Source: the human T2T-CHM13v2.0 reference genome, Homo sapiens. Taken from it: a stretch of DNA of 64,000 nucleotides. The stretch lies in NCBI RefSeq assembly GCF_009914755.1, contig NC_060930.1; one strand, written 5' to 3'. The first letter of the stretch is position 1. Each line of letters opens with the position of its first letter. Positions 1-11,400 of the stretch are shown here, in pieces. The translations under genes were made by a program, and so were the position numbers. Below the pieces are notes generated by a model. It was not told the origin of the DNA, did no database searches, and saw only the letters and a program-made list of their open reading frames with translations.

Positions 1-754
<754 letters not shown>

Positions 755-755
755 A

Positions 756-1706
756 AGAAAATTTTTGCAATCTACCTATCTGAAAAAGAGCTAATATCCA
801 GAATCTACAAAGAACTTAAACAAATTTACAAGCAAAAAAAAACAACCCCATCAAAAAGTGGGCGAAGGATATGAACAGACACTTGTCAAAAGAAGACATT
901 TATGCAGCCAACAGACACATGAAAAAATGCTCATCATCGTTGGCCATCAGAAAAATGCAAATCAAAACCACAATGAGATACCATCTCACACCAGTTAGAA
1001 TGGGGATCATTAAAAAGTCAGGAAGAAACAGGTGCTGGAGAGGATGTGGAGAAATAGGAACACTTTTACACTGTTGGTGGGACTGTAAACTAGTTCAACC
1101 ATTTTGGAAGACAGTGTGGTGATTTCTCAGGGATCTAGAACTAGAAATACCATTTGACCCAGCCATCCCATTACTGGGTATATACCCAAAGGATTATAAA
1201 TCATGCTGCTAGAAAGACACATGCACATGTATGTTTATTCAGGCACTATTCACAATAGCAAAGACTTGGAACCAACCCAAATGTCCATCAATGATAGACT
1301 GGATTAAGAAAATGTGGCACATATACACCATGGAATACTATGAAACCATAAAAAAGGATGAGTTCATATCCTTTGTAGGGGCATGGATGAAGCTGGAAAC
1401 CATCATTCTCAGCAAACTATCGCAAGGACAGAAAACCAAACACCACATGTTCTCACTCATAGGTGGGAATTGAACAATGAGAACACTTGGACACAGGAAG
1501 GGGAACATCACACAGTGGGGCCTGTCATGGGGTTGGGGGAGGGGGGAGGGATAGCATTAGGAGATATACCTAATGTAAATGACGAGTTAATGGGTACAGC
1601 ACACCAACATGGCACATGGATACATATGTAACAAACCTGCACATTGTGCACATGTACCCTAGAACTTAGAGTATAATAATAAAAAATAAAATAAAATAAA
1701 GTAAAA
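756..1706 (+). mobile_element. LINE-1 (L1PA4/5-like) 3' end: ORF2 C-terminus, 3' UTR and A-rich tail
   Basis: ORFs 871..1122 ([18 protein letters not shown] cysteine-rich motif) and 1231..1473 (...MFSLIGGN*). G-rich 3' UTR tract at 1528-1550 and A-rich tail at ~1674-1706. Frame is broken by stops. Confidence 0.97.
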
Positions 1707-2584
1707 GCAGAACTGTTAAAAAAAAAATCCCTTCTTTGGCTAACCATGGCCTCTTCTGCAGGCATGGAAGTAAAATGGTTAAAAGAAAATTATGCTTCTC
1801 ACAATGGCAGAGCAAACTACTATTCCAAAGTCTCCCAAAGAGTGAGATATTGTGTTTAGGAGTCTAGGAAGCAGTTGATGATTCTTTGGTTAAATATGTT
1901 TGATGAAGTGCTTGTTTAACCAAGTTCCTTTAGTTCAGGTGTAGAGCTTTTCGTATGCTAATGCACATTTTGAATTTTCCAGAGAGTAATCGTATACACA
2001 GAATCTCCCACAACTATTCAACCAGAGCTCTTTTCTAAAGGACATGGTTTGACAAGGCCTGCATGGTTTTCTGATCCCAGAGAGGCTGGTCAGAAATTGG
2101 TAATAGGAGTTTGGTGGCTGGAGTTGAAGCAAAGCCTGCTCATGACTGTGGGACAGAAAACATTACTTACTGTCTGATGTAGGATTATTCCAAGGCCCTC
2201 TGGAAATCAAGAATAGAAAGCAACAGTACAATTTCCAGAAACTGAGAAGTAGGTGAGGCACTAGAAATGGGTCCCTGGAGTGTCCTCCAATCTTCACCCC
2301 TCTTTGCCCTCACTTGCAGTATTGCTTGGAAGCACTGAATTGCTGTGAGGGAGTTCAACCCAGCTCACCAGTTTTCTCATCTCCTTGGTTAAGAGAGTTT
2401 AAAGAACCTTTGAAGAGCTGGTAATGAAGTGGACAAATTATACCACAGGTGTCATCATCATGCAGACTCCAGCAGGGACAGATGTAGAGCATGGGACAAA
2501 AGGTTATTCTAGCTATAGCCTTTAAGAGAATTACTGTATACCTCCAACAAATGCTAGATAATGGTGATGGTATGACTATTAAGA

Positions 2585-2820
2585 GTGGCCATCTTTGAGG
2601 ACTTACAATGTGCTGAGCACCCTGCTAAGGACTTCACAGACATTATCTCAATTAATCCTCACCACATCGGCCTTATGAAATAGAATGCCCATGTTATAGA
2701 TGAGCAAGTTGAGGCTTAAAGAAAATCACAGAGGTCACCAAGTCAATAAATAATGCAATCAGCATTCAACAGAGATCTTTCTGACTCCAAAGTATGTGGA
2801 ATTAACTATTCTGCCATACA
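2585..2820 (-). mobile_element. MIR SINE
   Basis: Degenerate antisense MIR core: TTAATCCTCAC...CCCATGTTATAGATGAGCAAGTTGAGGC...TCTGACTCCAAAG. Confidence 0.75.
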
Positions 2821-3985
2821 ACCTGGGTCAGCACCTTATACATCTGACTCAGCTAAGATACAGCCCAAATGAGACACCTGCTAAAGCTGTGTCATAACCC
2901 AATCTGTCTCCTGACGTGGAATTAACCGGAATAAATCTTACTGTATGCAATAAGTTAATGCGTATTTTGGATTTAACTAATAAGAATAAGCAATTTTGAA
3001 GCACCTCTTCTTTTAAATAAATTATAGTTTTTATAAGTTTATCAGGGAAGAAAAAAGGGATGGAGAAATGAAATGTAGAGCAGCTGAAAAATTAAATATG
3101 AGTTAATTAATAAATGGCTATTTTAGGAAGAAACTTCCAATACAATCAGTTTCTAAATTCTTCCAATGGTTATTTAAAATATGATGTCAAATGAAATATA
3201 TACTTGCCACAATATGACACACTCCTCCCAGGGACAGTCTAAATATAAACAAAAAACCTCTGATGCCACTTACTTCTATGCATGGGCAAATTTGCATAAG
3301 ATATCATAAATAGATCCATATCCTCTTGCACCATGCAATGGCCTAAAATACTCCCCAGCACCCTATTCAACGACCAGCACCAATCTAGAGAATGATTGTC
3401 CAGCTTTATAGAGATCATTATGGATGAGTGGCATGCCATCAATCAGATAACTCCATAGATCCCATGTAGTCCTGAGGTCATCACTCAAGAGAGAAATGGT
3501 TTCTCCAGAAAGCTGCTCTGAAGGCTTTTTTGCTTCTAATCTTCATTAGCCAAATACAAAGCTGATTAACTGGAGACATAAGAGGAATATAAGCGGACAT
3601 GTTTGCTCCAACTGAAATAATTGTGGTAAATTTGTGTTTGCAGTATATCCAAAAAAGGAGAAGAGAATCAGAATTTTATTTTGAATATTTGGGTGTGTCC
3701 TTCTGCCTACATTGTTCATTTACTTAAAGGAATTCTCCTGATAATAGCATGATGATAAATTCTACTTCACTATATTGTTTTGTTCTTGAGGGTTTTGTTT
3801 CTATATGCCTTTGTGTAGATGATATGTGAAGAAAAGTAAAAAATATGAGTATCTGGTTCCCAAGTGGGTAGACCTAAAAGAAAATGTCTCTAAGCACAGA
3901 AAAGTATCTGCACCCACTTACAGGGCACCAGTACTGCTATGGGCTAGCTTTCTCGGGCTTCTCCAAGTTGAAGGGTCACATCGTA

Positions 3986-4026
3986 TAGGGTGGTGCAAAA
4001 GTAATTTGGGTTTTTGCCATGGAAAG
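3986..4026. mobile_element. Half MADE1 (one Hsmar1 mariner TIR plus spacer)
   Basis: TA followed by TAGGGTGGTGCAAAAGTAATTTGGGTTTTTGCCATGGAAAG, matching one MADE1 arm. The second arm is absent. Confidence 0.8.
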
Positions 4027-5719
4027 GAGTACTATCTTATCCAGAAGACAGAGACTCCAGAACACAGGGAGGCAGTCTTTGTCTCCTTCTTCTATTTCCC
4101 AAATCAACTTCTCCCGGATTAGTTCAAATCTAAAGCATGTTGCTGGCACTTTCCTTGCACTGCCACCTCCAACAGCCTCCATCACCTTCACTCTCACTCA
4201 TGTCCTTTAGGCCTCGAAACACAATGCTTTGATAAAATACCAAGATGCCTATTCCCACCCCCTTTCATTTTAATCCCCAATACACGGACCAGTCTCAGTG
4301 AGTTTTACCAGCCTGGTGGCTGAGGTTGGAGTCCCGAGATCAGGGCAGGCATCTGGATGCCTAAAGGAAGAATCCAGTCATGTGACATAGAAATTGTTTA
4401 CTTTCCAAATCACAGTTGCTGCAGCCCAGGAGAAAACTTGTCAAGCCTGCAGGGTGCAAGAAGACAATGGGGGTTTGCTCTGATACGGTAATGGTTGCCT
4501 TTGTGTTGCACTAATTGCTCAGCCCCAGTGCTTATTTGGCTCAGCAGTGAGAGGAGGGGTCTTACTTTGGCTTTCTCCAGTTTGATGTAATCTTAGATAA
4601 ACCTACCAGACTCTTCTTTTCTTAAAATAACGCACCTCAGAATGCGATAGTCTATGTGGTCACTTAAACATAAGAAACCTGCTCAATCAGAGCAAACAGA
4701 ATTAACGGTTTTAAATGATCAGTACCTGCCCATAATAATAAATAATTATTCATGTAGCAAAGTCAGACAAAGTAGTTTAGCATCATATACAAGATTTTAA
4801 TCATCTTTAAGGTCCTCAGTCCAAAAGAAATTAATTACATAAGCACCATATATGTCTTTAGTAATATGGAGAATATCCTCCTGCCCTCGCTTGAACAAGA
4901 GTCAAGTATACATTACCGGAATCAGTAAAAGGGACAGCCACACTCCAAATCTGGCATCAAGACTTCCCTGTATTCACAAAGAGTAAACAGGGGAGCCTGA
5001 CAAGCATCAGGACTCGACCTGGATAATGGGCCTTGATCCAATAAACTGTGTTCAATGATTGCTCCAGCAAAGTGGCCGGGCTCTCACCAGACACTCTAAG
5101 CTCTTTCTTACAGCACTACAGGGACAGCTCTGACTTCTTCATTAATACGACAACTTTAGCAGCAGTGATTCAGTTACCTATAAAAAATACACTCTATTGA
5201 CAAAGATTATGTACAGAAAAACAGGAAAATTTAAACAGTGGACTGTGAAAAACATCTGGGAACTTGTCAAAAAAGCAAAAACTAAGCTGCTTCCCCAGAA
5301 AATAAGGGAAACACAAGCACAGGGCAACATTTCTCTTTCCTACACAGCTTTGTCATGTGGGGACTTAACCACGAGCACATAGAGGAGCTTTCAGATGTAG
5401 CTGTGAGAACTTATACAAATGTATAGAAAGTTCTCTGAAATACCTAAAAATATTGCCATGTACACTTTATAGAACTTTTGAGTTTACAGTGTGTGCTGCT
5501 CTTCTATGCATGTCATATAAGGCTAGAGAGAATAAGAGAAAATAAATATTTTTCCTTTACTATCTATTAGTTCTGGGCTAGTCACTTATTTAGTGGGGTT
5601 ATTTCAGTAGGAGAGAGGGAGCTTGATCATTTCTTTCTAAGAGAACAAACAAGGATGCATACTTTTCAGCTTGTACTGAAAGGTGACTTTATGACAGTTC
5701 TTGCTATTCTGCCACCACA

Positions 5720-6328
5720 GTATTAGATTTTTATTACTGCATAACAAAGGACCACAAATTTAGCAGCTTCTAACACCCATTTATTGATTCACAATTTCCA
5801 TCTGTTGAAGTGTGGACATGGTGTGACTGGGTTTTCTGCTCAGAGTCTCACAAGGCTAATATTCAGGTGGTATCCATTCTCATCTGGAGCTTACAGTCCT
5901 TTTCCATGGTCATGAAGTGGTGGTAGAGTTCAATTCCTTGCGGTTGTAGGACTAAGGTCCCTGTTCCTTTGCTGGCTTTCCTCCAGATGCTAGACTCAGC
6001 TCCTAGACAATACTCCCATTTCTTATAATGTGACCCCCTCATCTTCGAAGCTAGCAACAAAGAATCTCCCTTGCATCAAATCCTTCTCACACTTCAAATC
6101 TCTTTCTTCAGGAAAAGCCCTGTCCCTTTTAGGGACTCACCTGATTAGATTGGATTCAACCAGGATAATCTCCCTTTCTTAAGGGCAAGTAATTTCAGGC
6201 CTTAATTACATCTGCAAAATCTCTTCACAGAAGTTTCAGGAGTAGTGTTTGATTGGATAAGTGGGAGGAGGTGTGTACATACCCAGGGCCAGGACTCTCA
6301 GAGGTCTTCTTAGAACTCTATACCTACT
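5720..6328 (-). mobile_element. MaLR solo LTR (MLT1E-like)
   Basis: GTATTAG...ATAACAAAGGACCACAAATTTAGCAGCTT at the left end, CTTAATTACATCTGCAAAAT internally, CTTAGAACTCTATACCTACTA at the right end. Confidence 0.85.
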
Positions 6329-7696
6329 AGAACTGCTTGAAAAACTGAAAAGCCTTCAGAAAAAATCCTAACATGACTCTCACCATCAGGCGAATCTTCA
6401 AGGAATCTGCTCTGCACCAGTCAAAGATATGGAAGTTCGCCTTTAGGGTTATGGTGATGTGATGGCAAATGCTGGGGCTGCACAATCTCAGTTGTCTTTG
6501 AGGATGAGCATAAATGCCCCACCGATGAGCCTGAATATGGAACACAGAGTCTGGGTCACTCTTTCCAGAGGACAGAGAAGCTTGAAAATCAAGTGAGGAA
6601 GGGGTTATTTTAACTCCTTTCTTTAATTCTCTGTAAAGGGGAACCAAGCTCCTCTATTCCTAGGCACAAACATGCAAACATGACCAGCTTGGCCTTCTCT
6701 TGAAGTTTGCCCCAGAATTGACAAGAGGCAGATAGATCCAGTCACCTGTTATTACTGCAGACAGGCTGTTTAACTCCCCAGTTACATGTGTAAATGACTA
6801 AGAGGACACTTCACCCTCATCTCCATAGAATGGCACTTTAGAAAGATAAATTTTATGACCTAATTCTTAGATGCAGACTGAGAAGGAATTAGTTTAAAAA
6901 GAAAAATTCTTCTTTTCATAACTTAAAAGTGAAAGTGACCTCAAGGGGCAAAAATGAAACTGAATGTCTTCTTCTTTTTTTTTTTTTTTTTATTACAGTA
7001 GGCTTTTTTCCCCGTTTTTTCCTCCATTAAAGTAAAAAAAGCTAACTAAGTCTTAGACAGCTTAGAAGTTTTTTGAATTCTTCTAAGTTCTAACCATAGC
7101 TTTGGTCTGGTATTATTCTAAACACTCTCTGGGTTAGATAATTTTTCTTCATTATGAATCTTAAAATGGAAATTTTAACAGGTTAGCACTTCTTTCCCAA
7201 GAAGGGAGATCATTAATATGTAAAAACCCATGTGAGGAATAACATCTCCTTGCTCCCCACATTCCCTGCCTCGTCGCCCACCCACTGCCGTGACTACAGG
7301 GGCACATGCCCAGTGCCTGATCAATTTCAGAAAACTCAGCTCATGGTCAGAGAATAGGGAAGTGGGGAAGCCTGAGGAGCAGAAACAAAAAAATGGAGAT
7401 GATCAGAAGGCAAATGAGTGACCAGGGACAGAAAGAGTGTAGAGACGGGGACCTAGTAGCTTGAGGCTTATGGCCTTAGAGCTACATGTGTTCCATCCTT
7501 GACAACAGACCATAGCGATCACATGACATTAAGGAGGTTACAACCAATGCAAGCAAGAAAACTAAAATGACAGTCATCTTGGTCAGATAAATGAATTAAT
7601 AGGAAAACACAGCTATTTTTGCTATGATGCTATCTTTATTATGACAGTTGTCCACTCTTACTCTCTCCTGAACTTATAATAATCATAATCATAATA

Positions 7697-7795
7697 TGTT
7701 GATGAATATTATGTGTCCACTTGACTGGATGTCCAGAGAGCTGGTAAAGCACTATCTCTGGATGTGTCTGTGAGGGTATTTCTGGGAGAAATTAG
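7697..7795 (+). mobile_element. MLT2 (ERVL) LTR, left piece
   Basis: TG...TTATGTGTCCACTTGACTGG...GTGTCTGTGAGGGTATTTCTGGGAGAAATTAG, then interrupted by the HERVL18 insertion. Confidence 0.85.
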
Positions 7796-7956
7796 TGTAA
7801 GGAAAATGGATATGCTGCAGTCAAGAATAGGCCAAGGCAGACATCTGGTCCGGCGAGACTCAATGACTTTGGAGTGCAGGCGCACAACTCTGCTCATTAT
7901 GTAGCCACGCCCACATGAGCTCGTGTTTGGCTCAGAGCCGCTATTGTCTGTAAAAG
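7796..7956 (+). mobile_element. 5' LTR (LTR18A-like), truncated
   Basis: TGTAAGGAAAATGGATATGCTG... aligns to the 3' LTR up to CTATTGTCTGTAAAAG. The rest of the LTR and the PBS are missing. Confidence 0.88.
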
Positions 7957-7969
7957 CCACTATTGTCTG

Positions 7970-8615
7970 GAGAAGGTGCTGAAGCAACTGGAAGCAGAGA
8001 GCACCCATAGGGAGTGAGGTTTTGCCAGCGGGTAGACGGGCATTTTTGACTGTGCTGCAAGAAGTGCACACCCAGTCCCTGAGGGATGCAGCGCAGGTGG
8101 GGGCCCTCCAGGCACAGGTGGGGCATCTGGAGGCCCAGCCACACAGCTCAGAAAAAGAGTTAGAAGCTGCCATGAATGGGAACCTCCAGGCACAGGTGGG
8201 GCACCTGGAGGCCTAGCTACAGAGCTTGGAAAAGGAATTAGAGGCTGCTGGAAATGCAGGCCTGGAGGTCATCGGCAGTACCTAGGGGTCTGCTCCATAA
8301 AGAAAGGGAAGATGCCCCACCCGCAGAGGACCCCCCCACACACACAACGAGAGCAAAGGGAGCTCCAACGAGTTACACACTCACAGATGTGGATAGATTT
8401 TATTTTGGCCAGGGGTGACAGAGAGAAAATCGATAATCAGCCCAATGAAGCACTCTTAACTTTGTGGAGACAGTTGTCTCCAGAGCAGCAATTCCAGAAA
8501 ATGCCCAAGGAGGGAGAAGGACATTGCTCTGTGACCCAGTCCCACCCAAGCACTCCAGTTCAAAGACTACATGCTGCAGCCAGGTGGAGGGGTAAAGCCT
8601 TTTCTGTTTGATTAA
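7970..8615 (+). pseudogene. HERV-S gag remnant (deleted, frameshifted)
   Basis: Coiled-coil-like LQAQVGHLEA repeats, then VTHSQMWIDFILARGDREKIDNQPNEALLTLWRQL. Ends at ...KPFLFD-TAA (8613-8615) ahead of pro. Confidence 0.7.
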
Positions 8616-8708
8616 GGAACTAGAAGAGGTGCCCAGCTTGGGGGAACAACGGACAACTGGAGTTCACATGTGGAATTAGTGATCCACTGGTCCCCCACCA
8701 ATGTATAG

Positions 8709-8960
8709 TGGGTGCTGGCACTGGCGGATACTGGCGCAGATTGCAGCCTTGTTTATGGGAACCCGGATAAATTTCTGGGCAAACCTGCTCACATTGACGG
8801 TTATGGAGGCCAGTCAGTGAAAGTGAAATCTGTATCTCTGCATCTTGGCATCGGCTGTTTGGCTCTCCGTTTATATACTGTTTATGTCTCTCCCATACCG
8901 GAATACATTCTCGGGGTGGATGTTTTACATGGCTTGGCAGCTGTTCTATCACAGATTTGA
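8709..8960 (+). pseudogene. Retroviral aspartic protease remnant
   Basis: LALADTGADCSLV (catalytic DTG at 8727-8735), a DGYGG flap and YILGVDVL in one frame. An in-frame TAG lies just upstream at 8706. Confidence 0.88.
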
Positions 8961-10050
8961 TGAATCGCTTGATGACGGAGTTGGGACAGTACTACTGTGG
9001 TGGGCTTAGCTATTGCATTTGTTTTTCTAGAGAGCCAGGAACAGTTTGCCTTCAGGGTAGGGCAACAATGGACTTTCACAGTGTTGCCACAGGGCTGTAT
9101 GCATAGCCCCACCATATGTCATGGTCTTGTTGATAATATTATGTTAGCCTCTGATTCTCTTGCAGATTTAGAAGCAGCAACACTCCTCTTGCCTGAGATT
9201 GGAATGATGTGGCTGAGACCGCCTTCCTGGCAGCCAAGCAGGCTATTCAGCCGGCACAAGCCCTACAGCTGGTTGACAAGGGGTGCCCGTTTGAGCTGGA
9301 TGTGCATGTGACCACAGATGGTTTCGGTTGGGGCCTGTGGCAACACGTGGAGTGCCTGAGAATGCCAGTAGGCTTTTGGTCCCAACTGTAGAAGGAGCTG
9401 AGCTCCAGTATTCCTTGATGGAAAAGCAGCTAGAAGCTGCATGTGCCACCCTTCAGGCTCATGAGAGTGTGACAGGATGGGCAACAGTCATCATGAGGGC
9501 AACTTACCCAATAGTGGGGTGGGTGCATTCATGAGTGACAAACCCCCGGACTGGGACAGCACAGACACCCACTTTAGCAAAGTGGGTGCTTACTTACAAC
9601 AGCAAAGTATGATGAATACAAGCCCCTTAGCAGCAGAGTTGCAAGAGGTCTTGGGACCTGTAGTCCTAATGCAAGATAAGGCCATGGGGCCTGAGGCACC
9701 CTTAGACCTGAAGCCTTCACCTTTTAAGGAAAGGCACCCCCCATTTCTGATGAGGAATGGTATAAGGATGGGTCTAGCCAGGGTGCTGCTACTGCCTGGA
9801 CTGCTGTCATGGTCCAGCTAGTACTGACACCATATGGTTTGATACCAGCTATGAACAAAGTAGCCAATGGGCTGAACTCAGGGCAGTGTGAATGGTGATC
9901 ACCAAGGAGGTGACACCTGTGGTAATCTACACCCATAGCTGGGCAGTTTATCAAGACTTAACCTTGTGGTTAACTACCTAGAAGTTACAGAAGTGGCTAG
10001 TCGGTCACTGGCCCATGTAGAGTCAAGCCACGTGGCAAAACCTATGGGAG
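8940..10050 (+). pseudogene. pol remnant: fragmentary RT, tether and RNase H
   Basis: QFAF..QQWTFTVLPQG.MHSPTICH; VDNIML (eroded YxDD); AETAFLAAKQAIQ..PFELDVHVT.DGFGWGLWQ; RNase H-like SSQWAELRAV. Many stops and frameshifts. Confidence 0.85.
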
Positions 10051-10483
10051 GAAGGATGACCTCCTCCGGCCAGATATGGGGACAAACGGTAACCTGTTGT
10101 TGGCTGCCCCAACGCCCCTAAAGGTAGGGAAATAAAAACCTGGCTTAACGTATAAAGCAACATTGGGGTAATGTCACCATAGGGTGGTTGCCTGCCATAA
10201 CCTAGAGTTGTTGCCCCCTGTATTACTGCTGTGTCCTCTGGGTCCAGGGTTCCACCCTGTGGGTGGGTCTCCCCACTAGAAAAACTCCCTCAGCCTAGGA
10301 GGTGGAATACATTCCTATGTATCAGACCTGTCTGTCCAGGGCCTGTGCGCCCTGAGCCTGCATACAAGGCCTATGTGTCGGACCTGCATGTTTGGGGCCT
10401 GTGTGCCCAGAGCCTATGTATGAGGCCTATTTGTCAAACCTGTGTGTCCAAAGCCTATGTCTCCCTCAGCCTAGTGGGTGGAG

Positions 10484-10834
10484 TATAAAGAAAATGGATG
10501 TGCTGTGGTCAATAATAGGCCAAGGCAGACATCTGGTCCAGCATGACTCAGAAAGTTTGGAGCGCAGGTACACAACTCCATTCATTATGTAACCACACCT
10601 CATGAAGTGCATTAGGTGATTACCCACATGAGCTCGTGCTTGGCTCGGAACCACTATTGTCTGTAAAAGGTATAATTACCCTGCTAATGCTGTACGTATG
10701 GCTCACACCCAGACTCACTCCTGGCCAGAGAGAGAGTAAATCAATGTCGAAACTTTCTACGATTCCTCAAGTGTTTTTCCAGCTACCTGCCACTCGCCCA
10801 CCAACTCCCCTTGGGCCTCAGTTAGAACCTGACA
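10484..10834 (+). mobile_element. 3' LTR (LTR18A-like, 351 bp, full length)
   Basis: Follows the PPT AGTGGGTGGAG (10473-10483), starts TATAAAGAAAATGGATGTG (TG>TA) and ends GTTAGAACCTGACA. Confidence 0.9.
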
Positions 10835-11206
10835 TTAGCATTTGGATCAGTAAGAAGTGAGAGGAAGATCACTCTCACGAATGTGGGTAGGCATCATCCA
10901 GTCTATTGAGGGCACCAATAGGACAAAAGCAGGAAAAGGGGCGAATTTGCTCTTTGCTTGAACTGGGATATCCATCTTCTACCCTCTAAATCAGCCCTCC
11001 TGATTCTTAGTTCTTGCAGTCTGGACTGGAACTATACCACAGGCTTTCCTATACCACAAGCTTTCCTCCAGCTTACAGAGAACAGATTGTGGGACTTCTC
11101 AGCCTTCATAATTTCATGAGTCCATTTCTCCTGAGAAATCTTTCTTTGTATCTGTCTCTCTATATCTATGTATTTAGGTTCTGTTTCTCTGCAGAACCCT
11201 TATACA
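10835..11206 (+). mobile_element. MLT2 LTR, right piece (MLT2B/D-like)
   Basis: Resumes TTAGCATTTGGATCAGT...AATGTGGGTAGGCATCATCCA and ends CTGTTTCTCTGCAGAACCCTTATACA. Confidence 0.88.
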
Positions 11207-11209
11207 AAC

Positions 11210-11400
11210 GGAAAACTCATATGCAACACATGTCTATACCAAATATTGTTCTAAAGTGCTTTATGTTAACTCATTTAATCTTCACAACAACACATAATAT
11301 AGGTTATATTATTATCCCTATTTTAAAGAGGAGGAAAATGAATTCAAAGTAACTTGATCAAGGATATTTGGTAGTAAATGGTCCAACCAGAAATCTGTGG
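11210..11400 (-). mobile_element. MIR SINE
   Basis: TTAACTCATTTAATCTTCACAACAAC...ATTATTATCCCTATTTTAAAGAGGAGGAAA. Confidence 0.75.

Larger units (their letters stand above)
7796..10834 (+). mobile_element. HERV-S/HERVL18 (class III ERV) internally deleted provirus, 3039 bp
   Basis: Two related LTRs (7796 and 10484), gag/pro/RT/RNase H remnants, PPT, TG...CA termini and a (A)TTAG target-site duplication. Confidence 0.9.

Noticed and set aside
1528-1550. G-quadruplex-capable tract
   Set aside because: Standard feature of the L1PA 3' UTR.
7709-8173. 154-aa minus-strand ORF across MLT2/LTR18/gag
   Set aside because: It is antisense to the ERV, crosses insertion junctions and has no motif; consistent with a chance open frame in GC-richer DNA.
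10310-10460. Short spaced repeats superficially like a CRISPR array
   Set aside because: Degenerate, irregular units inside a primate ERV, with no unique spacers and no cas genes.
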